This document shows positions 1 to 8,321 of a DNA stretch of 38,183 bases, one piece after another (the stretch's first letter is position 1; each line of letters starts with the position of its first letter). The notes under the pieces were generated by a model that made no database searches, was not told the origin of the DNA, and worked only from the letters and a program-made list of their open reading frames with translations. Both the position numbers and the translations under genes were made by a program. This DNA is from Candidatus Zixiibacteriota bacterium. GTDB taxonomy: Bacteria; Zixibacteria; MSB-5A5; UBA10806; 4484-95. The stretch is from positions 1 through 38,183 of the forward strand of contig JAOZPT010000006.1 of assembly GCA_029932605.1 (NCBI GenBank), given 5' to 3'.

Positions 1-2
1 CG

Positions 3-1028
3 GGGTTGGAAATTCCCCTTGATAGAGCGAATAACATATTTGCACGTACTTTCCTTGAGAAAAAATCGATTATTATACATGAATCGGAACTGGATGTTTC
101 GGAGTATACCGAGCTTAAAAAAAGAATTGGACGGGGTCCACTGGCGGTTGTTCCTCTGGTTGGGGAAGAATCGCTCCAGGGGATCTTGATTGCTGACAAT
201 TTTATAACACATCAGGAAATTGATAAAAACGACCTGCAACTTTTGGAAATTTTCGCTCGGTATGCAAGCGATTCTATTGAGAAGTTCAGGTTAAATGAAC
301 GATTGGGGAAAAAAGTCGAGGCCTTAAAAAGAGCTAATGAAACGATTATTCTCAGCCGGGAAAATTTGATAAAAGCAGAAAGGTTGTCTGGCCTGGCGGA
401 AATGGCGGGTCAGGTTGCTCATGAGGTGAGAAATCCGCTTACAGTAATTGGTGGATTTACCAAATCAATGCTTAATAAAATGGATGATGGAAATGAAAAT
501 TATGAATACCTCAAGATTATTATCGAACAGGTTAAAAGGATTGAGGGGGCTTTAGAAAGATTTTCCAGTCTGGTTAATTATCAGGAAAAAAATGAGCAGG
601 TCTGTGACCTCGTTGAATTGGTTAAATCGACGATGATAATTGAAAATCACAATGTGGATATTGGGAAGTTTAGCGTTCAAGCTAAAGATGCAGTATCGGT
701 AAAAATTGACCCCGATCTTTTCCGCCATGCGCTGCTAATTATTATAAAAAAAGTGGATTCATTGCAAAGATGCTCCGAAACAATGGTTCTGTTTATAAAA
801 AAGACGGTAAAAAAAGCGGTTATTGTTTTTGAACCGTCATGCCGAAAAAACTGGTTTGCCGAGGAGGCTTACAGGAGCTTTCATTCAGGTGGGAACCATC
901 GATTAAGAAGAGAGTTGTCTGTTGCTCTTGAGGTTTTGAAGTACTATGGGGGCAATATTGGTCTTGAAGTTCAAAATAACAACGATATGAAGTTTTATGT
1001 AGAATTGCCTATTTACGAGGAGGAATGA
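3..1028 (+). CDS. GAF-domain sensor histidine kinase-like protein (5' end outside window); intact HisKA box, degenerate HATPase domain
   Basis: GAF-like C-terminal strands (AVVPLVGEESLQGILIADN...DLQLLEIFA), coiled coil, H-box AHEVRNPLTVIGGF; the C-terminal domain keeps the HATPase layout (DPDLF..., GGNIGLE...FYVELP) but lacks the N, G1 and G2 box residues; the frame is open to the window edge. Confidence 0.85.
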   Translation, partial: GLEIPLDRANNIFARTFLEKKSIIIHESELDVSEYTELKKRIGRGPLAVVPLVGEESLQGILIADNFITHQEIDKNDLQLLEIFARYASDSIEKFRLNERLGKKVEALKRANETIILSRENLIKAERLSGLAEMAGQVAHEVRNPLTVIGGFTKSMLNKMDDGNENYEYLKIIIEQVKRIEGALERFSSLVNYQEKNEQVCDLVELVKSTMIIENHNVDIGKFSVQAKDAVSVKIDPDLFRHALLIIIKKVDSLQRCSETMVLFIKKTVKKAVIVFEPSCRKNWFAEEAYRSFHSGGNHRLRRELSVALEVLKYYGGNIGLEVQNNNDMKFYVELPIYEEE

Positions 1029-1384
1029 TGAGAAGGATATTGGTTGTTGACGACGAGTCGGCAATACGGAAGTTGTACCATAAAGAGTTTCTTGAGGACG
1101 GGTATGATGTGATTTTGGCTAAAAGTGGCCAGGAAGCGCTCGATAAAATTGAAAACGATAGGAATATCGACCTGGTTATACTCGATATCAAGATGGAAGG
1201 TATGGATGGGTTGGAGGTTTTGAACGAATTAAGAGTTAAAACAAAAGAGATTCCTGTTATTTTAAACTCAGCTTATTCAACCTATAAAAGCGATTTTACA
1301 TCCTGGTTAGCCGATGCTTATCTGGTCAAATCATATGATTTGACTGAATTAAAGGAAAAGGTTCAGGAACTTATTCCTGTTTAA
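1028..1384 (+). CDS. single-domain response regulator (receiver)
   Basis: ILVVDDE, LVILDIKM (phospho-Asp), LNSAY, YLVKS; ATG overlaps the upstream stop (TGATG) after the SD GAGGAGG; alternative start 1025. Confidence 0.92.
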   Translation: MRRILVVDDESAIRKLYHKEFLEDGYDVILAKSGQEALDKIENDRNIDLVILDIKMEGMDGLEVLNELRVKTKEIPVILNSAYSTYKSDFTSWLADAYLVKSYDLTELKEKVQELIPV

Positions 1385-1387
1385 GCT

Positions 1388-1765
1388 ATGGAAGAAAAAA
1401 AAGAAAATCTGATTGGCTTTATAGAATCGACATCTGAGCGGATTCAAATTCTGGCTTTAAATATTGCTGTGGTTGCAGCCAAGATGTCTTATAACAAGGA
1501 ATTGGGGTTGGATGTTAATAATAAGTTAAACCAATTGGTCAATCAGGTAACCTTAGCGGTGAAAAATATAGGGCACATTCTCCGAGCTGCTAAAACCAAT
1601 AAAATGAAAAATGATGTGTTTACAGAGGGGTACAACGTTAGGGTGAACCCCGAACTTGTAAATGACATCGAGATCGGTTTGAACAAGATCATGGAAGATA
1701 GCCAGAAAATTATGGAGATGCTTAACAAGGTCAAACAGAAATCACTTGACGGTTCTGGAGGTTAG
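1388..1765 (+). CDS. small helical protein resembling the chemoreceptor (MCP) signalling hairpin tip
   Basis: IESTSERIQILALNIAVVAAK aligns without gaps to the MCP tip motif [18 protein letters not shown]; tightly packed between two receiver genes. Confidence 0.65.
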   Translation: MEEKKENLIGFIESTSERIQILALNIAVVAAKMSYNKELGLDVNNKLNQLVNQVTLAVKNIGHILRAAKTNKMKNDVFTEGYNVRVNPELVNDIEIGLNKIMEDSQKIMEMLNKVKQKSLDGSGG

Positions 1766-1766
1766 T

Positions 1767-2156
1767 ATGGGAAGACTTGTTCTTGTGGTGGATGATGAAC
1801 GGGATGTACTTGATGTTCTTACTGATGTCCTTGATTCACTTGGGTATTCTGCTACGGGCGTAACAAGAGGTGATGAGGCTTTGAAGGTTTTAAAGAAAAA
1901 AAAGTTCGATCTTATCATCGCCGACCTGATAATGCCGGAAATGGGGGGATTGGATTTTATTAAAAAAATGAGAAAAATACGTAAGAAAACCCCGGTAATA
2001 ATTACGGCTGGTGTTGATATTAATGAGTCAAAAATCGATTTGAGGAAGTATGGCGTAAGCGATTTTATTCAAAAACCGTTTAGGATCAGTGATATTGGAC
2101 GCAAGATTGAAAACTCTATTAAGAATGAATGCATTGTTCACGGTAAAAATAATTAG
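1767..2156 (+). CDS. single-domain response regulator (receiver)
   Basis: VLVVDDE, LIIADLIMPEMGG, IITAG, FIQKPF; SD GGAGG at 1757-1761 supports ATG 1767. Confidence 0.92.
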   Translation: MGRLVLVVDDERDVLDVLTDVLDSLGYSATGVTRGDEALKVLKKKKFDLIIADLIMPEMGGLDFIKKMRKIRKKTPVIITAGVDINESKIDLRKYGVSDFIQKPFRISDIGRKIENSIKNECIVHGKNN

Positions 2157-2226
2157 AGATCTTATAAACATTGTATGACCAGTGTTTCAACTATAATAAT
2201 GGCTGGCTATAACAAGATCGTATCTC

Positions 2227-2253
2227 TAAATGAATTATGTATCGTTTCGATAA
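2227..2253 (+). promoter_or_regulatory. putative sigma28 (FliA) promoter for the receiver-fapA pair
   Basis: TAAA(2227-2230)-N15-TTCGATAA(2246-2253) vs consensus TAAA-N15-GCCGATAA, in the intergenic gap. Confidence 0.55.
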
Positions 2254-2351
2254 ATTAGAATGTTGGTAATTTACGATTTTATATTTGGATAAGAGCGTTG
2301 TTTTAATACAAGTAGGGTTACTTTTAGGTTATTTAAAAATGGAGAGAAAAG

Positions 2352-2768
2352 ATGAAAGAAGACGTGAAAATTATGATTGTGGATGATGAAGCGATAATGC
2401 GTAATCTTCTTTTGAAAATCTTAGAACAAGAAGGTTATCATGTAACGCTGGTTTCATCCGCCAAAGAGGCTATTGAAAAGCTCAATAATGAAAGGTTTGA
2501 TCTTTTGCTTTCTGATGTCAAGATGCCCGATATGGACGGATTTCAGCTTCTGAAGAAAGTTAAAAAGGAATGGCCTCAAATAGCGATAATTATGATGACG
2601 GGATATGGTGATGCCTATACTGTCAAAGAAGCTTTGATGCTTGGAGCTGATGAGTATATTACAAAACCATTTAAAAGCCATGAGATATCGCTTATCGTAG
2701 AACGTGCTTACTGGCGTTTGCTGGCATCAAAACGGAGAATTAACGAGGAATCAAAAATAGCTGATTGA
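2352..2768 (+). CDS. single-domain response regulator (receiver)
   Basis: IMIVDDE, LLLSDVKMPDMDG, MMTGYG, YITKPF; SD GGAG. Confidence 0.93.
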   Translation: MKEDVKIMIVDDEAIMRNLLLKILEQEGYHVTLVSSAKEAIEKLNNERFDLLLSDVKMPDMDGFQLLKKVKKEWPQIAIIMMTGYGDAYTVKEALMLGADEYITKPFKSHEISLIVERAYWRLLASKRRINEESKIAD

Positions 2769-4207
2769 TTAAAATGGTTCAAGTTGCCTTAAGAGAAAAT
2801 CGAATACATACTCTTAAACAAGATGGTTACCAATTTAAGATATTCTTCTGGCATAACTTAATGATTGCTCACTTAACCATTGAACAAATAGACCATTATG
2901 CGGTTTTCAAATTCACTATCGAAGATTTAATTGAGATTTTAAAAAAGGCTGGTATTGTCTATGGTATAAGAAAGGAACAGTTGGAAAAAGTAATAAACAA
3001 TACCATCTTAAATAAATCCATTGAGGTTGCCAGAGGAACTTTTCCTGAGAGGGGTAAGGATGCAGATATTGAATTTCTATTTGATACAACCAAAAGCAAA
3101 ACGCCAGTTGTTCAAAATGATGGGTATATTGATTATAAAAACTTAAATATTATCCGTAATGCCGTTGTTGGCCAACCACTCGCAAAAAAGGTTCATGCGG
3201 TTAGGGGAAAATCCGGAATTACTGTTACCGGTGAAAAAGTGGAAGGATTAATGGGGAGAGACCGGGCGCTACCGAAAGGGAAAAACACGTATATTTCGTC
3301 TGATAATCCTGATTTGCTTGTTTCAACTATAGATGGCGCTATAACTTTCAACGATAATGTAGTTTCGGTGGAGAGAAATTATAAATTACGCTCCGATGTT
3401 GACACTTCTACAGGAAATATTGAATTTGTGGGGAATTTGCATATAAGTGGATCTGTCAGAGCCGGTTTCAGAATCAAGGTTGATGGGGATGTTGAAATTG
3501 ATAAAAACATCGAGGATGCAGAGGTCATATCCGGTGGTTCAGTTGTAGCAAAAGGTGGCTTTATTGGCTCGGGAAAGGGGTTGATAAAAGCAAAGAATGA
3601 CGTTTTTATAAAATATATAGGAAACCAGCGGATTGTAGCGGGTAACAATGTCAAAATCATTGATGAGGCAATGAACGCTCAGGTGGAAGCTGGCAACGCT
3701 GTTTATCTTAAGGGGGAAGGCAGTATAATCGTAGGTGGACAGGTATCTGCATGCAATCTTGTTGATGTGAATTCCATCGGATCAGAAATGGGTATTCGGA
3801 CTCTGGTCAGAGTTGGTTACGATAAGATTTTAATGGAAAAATATACCAACGTTAAAACTGAAGTTAACAGCTTGCAAAATGATAAGGCGAAGATCGGAAA
3901 GGAAGTAAAGACGCTTCTTGGTTTGAAAAAAGATGATGAGTTAAACGAGGAACAGAGATTATTGCTTTTACAACTTAAAAAAAAACAAGCTGAGATTTCG
4001 AAAAAGATTGAAGAGATGGAGGGAAAGGGAAATGAGCTGTTAACGGAAATACAAGAAAATAAAATAGCTAAAATCGTGGTTAGAGGGAATATTTATCCGG
4101 GCACCACGATACAAATAGGCATATTGAAAAAAGAGATACCGCAAGAGTTGAAAAATATGACATTTCAAATCTACCAAGGCCGGATCATTTCTATCTCTAA
4201 CACATAG
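2765..4207 (+). CDS. FapA / DUF342 family flagellar assembly protein
   Basis: GIVYGI..., VARG..P..GKDA, IDYKNLNII, G.TVTGE, VDTSTGNIEFVG, beta-helical repeats, C-terminal coiled coil and IYPGTTIQIG; alternative start ATG 2774. Confidence 0.88.
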   Translation: MIKMVQVALRENRIHTLKQDGYQFKIFFWHNLMIAHLTIEQIDHYAVFKFTIEDLIEILKKAGIVYGIRKEQLEKVINNTILNKSIEVARGTFPERGKDADIEFLFDTTKSKTPVVQNDGYIDYKNLNIIRNAVVGQPLAKKVHAVRGKSGITVTGEKVEGLMGRDRALPKGKNTYISSDNPDLLVSTIDGAITFNDNVVSVERNYKLRSDVDTSTGNIEFVGNLHISGSVRAGFRIKVDGDVEIDKNIEDAEVISGGSVVAKGGFIGSGKGLIKAKNDVFIKYIGNQRIVAGNNVKIIDEAMNAQVEAGNAVYLKGEGSIIVGGQVSACNLVDVNSIGSEMGIRTLVRVGYDKILMEKYTNVKTEVNSLQNDKAKIGKEVKTLLGLKKDDELNEEQRLLLLQLKKKQAEISKKIEEMEGKGNELLTEIQENKIAKIVVRGNIYPGTTIQIGILKKEIPQELKNMTFQIYQGRIISISNT

Positions 4208-4292
4208 AAAAAATCACCCTTATTTAGTGAAATATTTTCCCGTTTTTTTTATTTAAATCGAATTATAGATTTTTCTTTTTCATTAGTATTAT

Positions 4293-4305
4293 AAGCAAGA
4301 AGTTA
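4293..4305 (+). promoter_or_regulatory. candidate IHF-binding site upstream of the sigma54 promoter
   Basis: AAGCAAGAAGTTA matches WATCAANNNNTTR with one mismatch, about 75 bp upstream of the -24 element in an AT-rich spacer. Confidence 0.3.
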
Positions 4306-4379
4306 CAGTAGTAACGGTAAACGTATCATTGAGTTAAAATTCGCGTATTAACCTTAAAAAAATAGTTGAACAAACCTTA

Positions 4380-4396
4380 GGGCACATTGTTTGCTT
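4380..4396 (+). promoter_or_regulatory. sigma54 (RpoN) -24/-12 promoter of the flgF operon
   Basis: GGGCACATTGTTTGCTT: GG(4381-82)-N10-GC(4393-94), near match to TGGCAC-N5-TTGC, 35 bp before the flgF start. Confidence 0.75.
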
Positions 4397-4429
4397 AATT
4401 AATATCTGAAATATTGTCTGGAGGGGATT

Positions 4430-5158
4430 ATGATTAAAGGTATTTATACATCAGCCTCGGGTATGATTCCACGCACTCTGAAACAGGAGGTGTTTGCTAA
4501 TAACATGGCTAACGCCAACACCATCGGTTTTAAAAAGGACAGAGTGTTTCTACATCAACTTAGGCGGGCAAAGAATGGCCTTATGACAGACCTTAAATGG
4601 GAAGTTCCAATGGTTGATGGTGTTTATATCGATTTTTCCCAGGGATTCACACGTCAGACCGAACGTCCCCTGGACGTGGCCATTGAGGGTAATGGATTTT
4701 TTGTCGTCTCTACACCAGAGGGAGAAAGATATACAAGGGATGGAGAGTTTTCGTTGACACAGGAAGGTGTGCTTGTAAATAAGAACGGGCATCCGGTTTT
4801 GTCCGATTCGGGTCCGATTACGATTACCGGTGACGATATTTCGATCAGTGCGGATGGCATAATTTCCGTTGACGGGTCTGAGTTGGCCAAGATTAGAATC
4901 GTGGATTTTGACAAACCCTATAACTTGACCAGGGTTAATTATGGCTATATGGCTTTGGCAAATGAAGAAATCCAAGCCGTAAATGCAGAAGGTTATAAGG
5001 TTCGTCAGGGATATATCGAGGAATCGAATGTCAATATCATCGAGCAGATGGTTGATATGCTGGTTTCTTTTCGGGCATATGAAGCTGGTCAGAAATCGAT
5101 CCAAGCTCAGGATGAAACTCTGGATAAAGCGGTTAACGACCTTGGCCGCGTGAGATAA
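4430..5158 (+). CDS. flgF: flagellar basal-body rod protein FlgF
   Basis: ANNMANANTIGFK, LDVAIEGNGFF, YTRDGEF, QGYIEESNVN; immediately upstream of flgG. Confidence 0.9.
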   Translation: MIKGIYTSASGMIPRTLKQEVFANNMANANTIGFKKDRVFLHQLRRAKNGLMTDLKWEVPMVDGVYIDFSQGFTRQTERPLDVAIEGNGFFVVSTPEGERYTRDGEFSLTQEGVLVNKNGHPVLSDSGPITITGDDISISADGIISVDGSELAKIRIVDFDKPYNLTRVNYGYMALANEEIQAVNAEGYKVRQGYIEESNVNIIEQMVDMLVSFRAYEAGQKSIQAQDETLDKAVNDLGRVR

Positions 5159-5168
5159 GGAGATAATT

Positions 5169-5957
5169 ATGATTAAGTCATTAAGAACGGCAGCCTCTGG
5201 AATGAGTGCTCAGCAGATGAATGTTGATGTTATCGCCAACAACCTTGCCAATGTGAACACTACCGGTTATAAAAAATCAAAGATAGAGTTTCAGGATATA
5301 CTTTATCAAAGACTGAGGTCTGCAGGTTCCGAGTCAGCGGCTGGCTCGACTGTGCCTATAGATCTCGAGGTTGGCTATGGTACTCGTCCCGTAGCAACAC
5401 AGCGGTTGTTTTCAATGGGTAGTTTGCAGATGACAGGTAACCCACTTGACTTATCTATAGAGGGCAATGGCTTTTTCCAAGTGCTGTTGCCAGACGGGAC
5501 TATCGGCTATACTCGTGATGGTTCATTTAAACTTTCTGCTGATGGCCAACTTGTAACATCCGATGGTTTTTACCTTCAGCCAGGGATAACTCTACCGGCA
5601 GATGCAACCGATATTAACGTTTCGACCGATGGTATTATAGCTGTATTAATTCCTGGTGAGTCAGAACCTCAGGAGATAGGCCAGATTGAGCTTGCCAAGT
5701 TCATAAACCCAAGTGGATTACAAGCAATAGGCCATAACCTGTTTACGGCTTCTGTTTCATCGGGTGAACCGGTGCTCGGTACCCCATCGCTTGAGGGTTT
5801 GGGAAGAATCAACCAGGGGTATTTGGAGATGTCTAATGTGGATATAGTAGAAGAGATGGTGAATATGATAATTGCCCAGAGAGCTTATGAAATAAATTCA
5901 AAAGCAATACAGACATCCGAGGAGATGTCGCAGATAGCAAACAATCTAAAACGGTAA
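5169..5957 (+). CDS. flgG: flagellar basal-body distal rod protein FlgG
   Basis: AASGMSAQQ..DVIANNLANVNTTGYK, FQDILYQ, YTRDGSF, LEMSNVDIVEEMVNMIIAQRAYEINSK; 262 aa. Confidence 0.97.
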   Translation: MIKSLRTAASGMSAQQMNVDVIANNLANVNTTGYKKSKIEFQDILYQRLRSAGSESAAGSTVPIDLEVGYGTRPVATQRLFSMGSLQMTGNPLDLSIEGNGFFQVLLPDGTIGYTRDGSFKLSADGQLVTSDGFYLQPGITLPADATDINVSTDGIIAVLIPGESEPQEIGQIELAKFINPSGLQAIGHNLFTASVSSGEPVLGTPSLEGLGRINQGYLEMSNVDIVEEMVNMIIAQRAYEINSKAIQTSEEMSQIANNLKR

Positions 5958-5963
5958 AATAAG

Positions 5964-6623
5964 ATGTTGGCTTATCTATTGGCATTAGCAATCGTAACCA
6001 GCCCGGTTGGAGATAAAATCGAAAGCGCAGTAAAATCCTATGTTGAAAGTAACTTTGGTAATGAAAACGTAGAATACCAGTACGATTTCCACAGAGTTAA
6101 CCTGAAACTTTTCCCCTCTGATTTTGACAGTGTCAAGGTGTTACGTATTGGCAAGAATTCAGCTATTGGTAACACGGTTTTTACACTAGGTGTTTTCAAA
6201 AATGACAGGCTTGTCAAATCTATGCCGGTTTCCATTGGTATAACGATGCTGGTGGAGGCATTAATCACCACGGTTCCAATCAATTCTGGAGAAAAATTCC
6301 GTGAAATTGATATTGCTAAAAGAGCTGTTGTAAATAATAGTCAATTACCCTTAACCGATCCCTGTGAATTATCTGGGAAACAAGCCAGGACATATATCCC
6401 TGCCGGCTCTATGATATTACCCTCAATGTGTGAAAATATACCTGTGGTCAAAGCTGGTGACAGGGTAAGTATTGTATTTGAGACTAAGACGATAAAATTA
6501 ACAGCTGAAGGTTTGGCCAGGCAGAAAGGTGGTATCGGAGATGTAATCAGGGTTGCCAATCTTGGCTCAAAGAAGGTGATAAGAGCAGAGGTAATAGATT
6601 CTACCACGGTTGCTATAAGGTAG
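5964..6623 (+). CDS. flgA: flagellar P-ring formation chaperone FlgA
   Basis: signal peptide; SAF-like region; C-terminal VVKAGDRV...GLARQKGGIGDVIRVAN..SKKVIRA; position between flgG and flgH. Confidence 0.88.
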   Translation: MLAYLLALAIVTSPVGDKIESAVKSYVESNFGNENVEYQYDFHRVNLKLFPSDFDSVKVLRIGKNSAIGNTVFTLGVFKNDRLVKSMPVSIGITMLVEALITTVPINSGEKFREIDIAKRAVVNNSQLPLTDPCELSGKQARTYIPAGSMILPSMCENIPVVKAGDRVSIVFETKTIKLTAEGLARQKGGIGDVIRVANLGSKKVIRAEVIDSTTVAIR

Positions 6624-6631
6624 GAGGATAA

Positions 6632-7207
6632 ATGAAATTGACGATGAGTTTAGTTGTGGCTTTTTGTCTTATCAATGGTGGTTGCATCATCGCTAGCGAG
6701 GTCAATCAGCGCTCGATTTTCACCGATGTGAAGGCTCACGGTGTGGGTGACATAATCACTGTCTTAATCGTTGAGGATTCCCGTGCCTCCAACAAGGCAA
6801 AGACCATAACCAAGAAAAAAACCGATGCTAAAACGGAGGGGACTGCCGGCTTGGGGGCTTTGGATTTCATCCCCTTGTGGGGAGCATCAGGTTCTGATGA
6901 GATTCAATATGACGGGCAGGGACAAACTGAAAAATCAGGAGTATTGAGGGCGAAGATGACCGTTGTTGTTATAGATGTAAGGGAGAATGGTGACCTGGTA
7001 ATAGAGGGCAACCGTGTGGTAACTGTTAACAACGAAAAGGAAACGTTATTCTTATCGGGTATCATCAGGTCTCGCGACATATCGGAGGATAACACTATTT
7101 ATTCATACCAGATTGCAAATGCCCAGATATCTTCAAAGAGTAAGGGGACCGTTACCGATGGCAATCGCCCGGGGTTTATAACAAGACTGATAAGCTGGAT
7201 ATTTTAA
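6632..7207 (+). CDS. flgH: flagellar L-ring protein FlgH
   Basis: SIFTDVKAHGVGDIITVLIVE, NGDLVIEG..V.VNNE, LSGIIR..DI..DNTI.S.QIANAQI. Confidence 0.95.
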   Translation: MKLTMSLVVAFCLINGGCIIASEVNQRSIFTDVKAHGVGDIITVLIVEDSRASNKAKTITKKKTDAKTEGTAGLGALDFIPLWGASGSDEIQYDGQGQTEKSGVLRAKMTVVVIDVRENGDLVIEGNRVVTVNNEKETLFLSGIIRSRDISEDNTIYSYQIANAQISSKSKGTVTDGNRPGFITRLISWIF

Positions 7208-7208
7208 C

Positions 7209-8309
7209 ATGAAAAGGATAATTACTTTATTAACCATTGTGACGGTTTGTGGAATTTCACTGTCTACAAAAGTAAGGGTAAAAGATATCTCGCATTTCCA
7301 GATGGAGAACTCCACGCCCTTGATAGGTTACGGCCTTGTGGTTGGCCTTGATGGTACCGGTGATTCCAAAGGTACAAGATTCACCATCCAGTCCTTGGTG
7401 AACATGATGGAAAGGATGGGTGTTACTGTTGACCAGGAACAGGTCAAGGTGAAAAATGTGGCGGCGGTGATGGTTACGGCTGAGTTGATGCCCTATATGG
7501 CAATCGGTTCTAAAATAGATGTCACGGTTTCATCGATGGGCGATGCATCCTCGCTTCAGGGAGGAACATTGCTTTTTACACCTCTTGCCGATGCTCTTGG
7601 CAATGTTTATGCAGTGGCTCAGGGACCAATTTTCATAGGTGGGTTTAATATCAGTTCCGGAGCTGGTGACCAGTTCCGCAACAATTATACTCTTGTAGGG
7701 CGTGTCCCTGGAGGAGCTAATATCGAAAAACAGGTCGAGGGTGAATTTCTTACAAATTCAGTAAAACTTCATCTTGAAAACCCTGATTATACAACTGCCA
7801 GCCGTCTTGCTGGAGTTATTGCCGATAAATTTTCAGATGTAAAAGCTATTGCTGTTGATGAAGCAAATGTAGAGGTGTTTCTTCCGGAGGCAAAAAGAGA
7901 ATCGGGGGAGATGGTTAAATTCTTCGCTGAGGTGGAGAACCTGGAGATAGAACCGGATATTCCAGCAAGAGTTGTTATAAATGAAAAGACCGGGACTATT
8001 GTTGCCGGTCAACATGTAACCATCTCATCGGTGATGTTAGCCCATGGCAATCTCAATATCGAGGTAAAATCTACACCATTGGTATCTCAACCGGAAGCCT
8101 TCTCGCAGGGGCGGACAGTTCTCACTCGTGAGGCTGATATTACAGTTGAGCCGGAGATTGCCAGAATACTGTATATGGAGCAACAGGCTAACATAGGTGA
8201 TTTGGCCAAGGCTTTAAATAGTATTGGTGCTACGCCAAGGGATATTATAGCGATTTTCCAGGCTTTGAAAGCGGCCGGGTCTTTAAGAGCAGAACTGATA
8301 ATAATGTAA
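7209..8309 (+). CDS. flgI: flagellar P-ring protein FlgI
   Basis: RVKDI, LIGYGLVVGLDGTGD, KNVAAVMVTA, SLQGGTLL.TPL, VVINEKTGTIV, IFQALKAAGSLRAEL. Confidence 0.97.
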   Translation: MKRIITLLTIVTVCGISLSTKVRVKDISHFQMENSTPLIGYGLVVGLDGTGDSKGTRFTIQSLVNMMERMGVTVDQEQVKVKNVAAVMVTAELMPYMAIGSKIDVTVSSMGDASSLQGGTLLFTPLADALGNVYAVAQGPIFIGGFNISSGAGDQFRNNYTLVGRVPGGANIEKQVEGEFLTNSVKLHLENPDYTTASRLAGVIADKFSDVKAIAVDEANVEVFLPEAKRESGEMVKFFAEVENLEIEPDIPARVVINEKTGTIVAGQHVTISSVMLAHGNLNIEVKSTPLVSQPEAFSQGRTVLTREADITVEPEIARILYMEQQANIGDLAKALNSIGATPRDIIAIFQALKAAGSLRAELIIM

Positions 8310-8321
8310 TGTTGAGCGAAG

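Noticed and set aside
4550..5104. Long minus-strand ORFs (4550-5104, 19283-19774, 28076-28486, 32179-32550 and others)
   Set aside because: Antisense shadows of well-supported plus-strand genes, with no motifs
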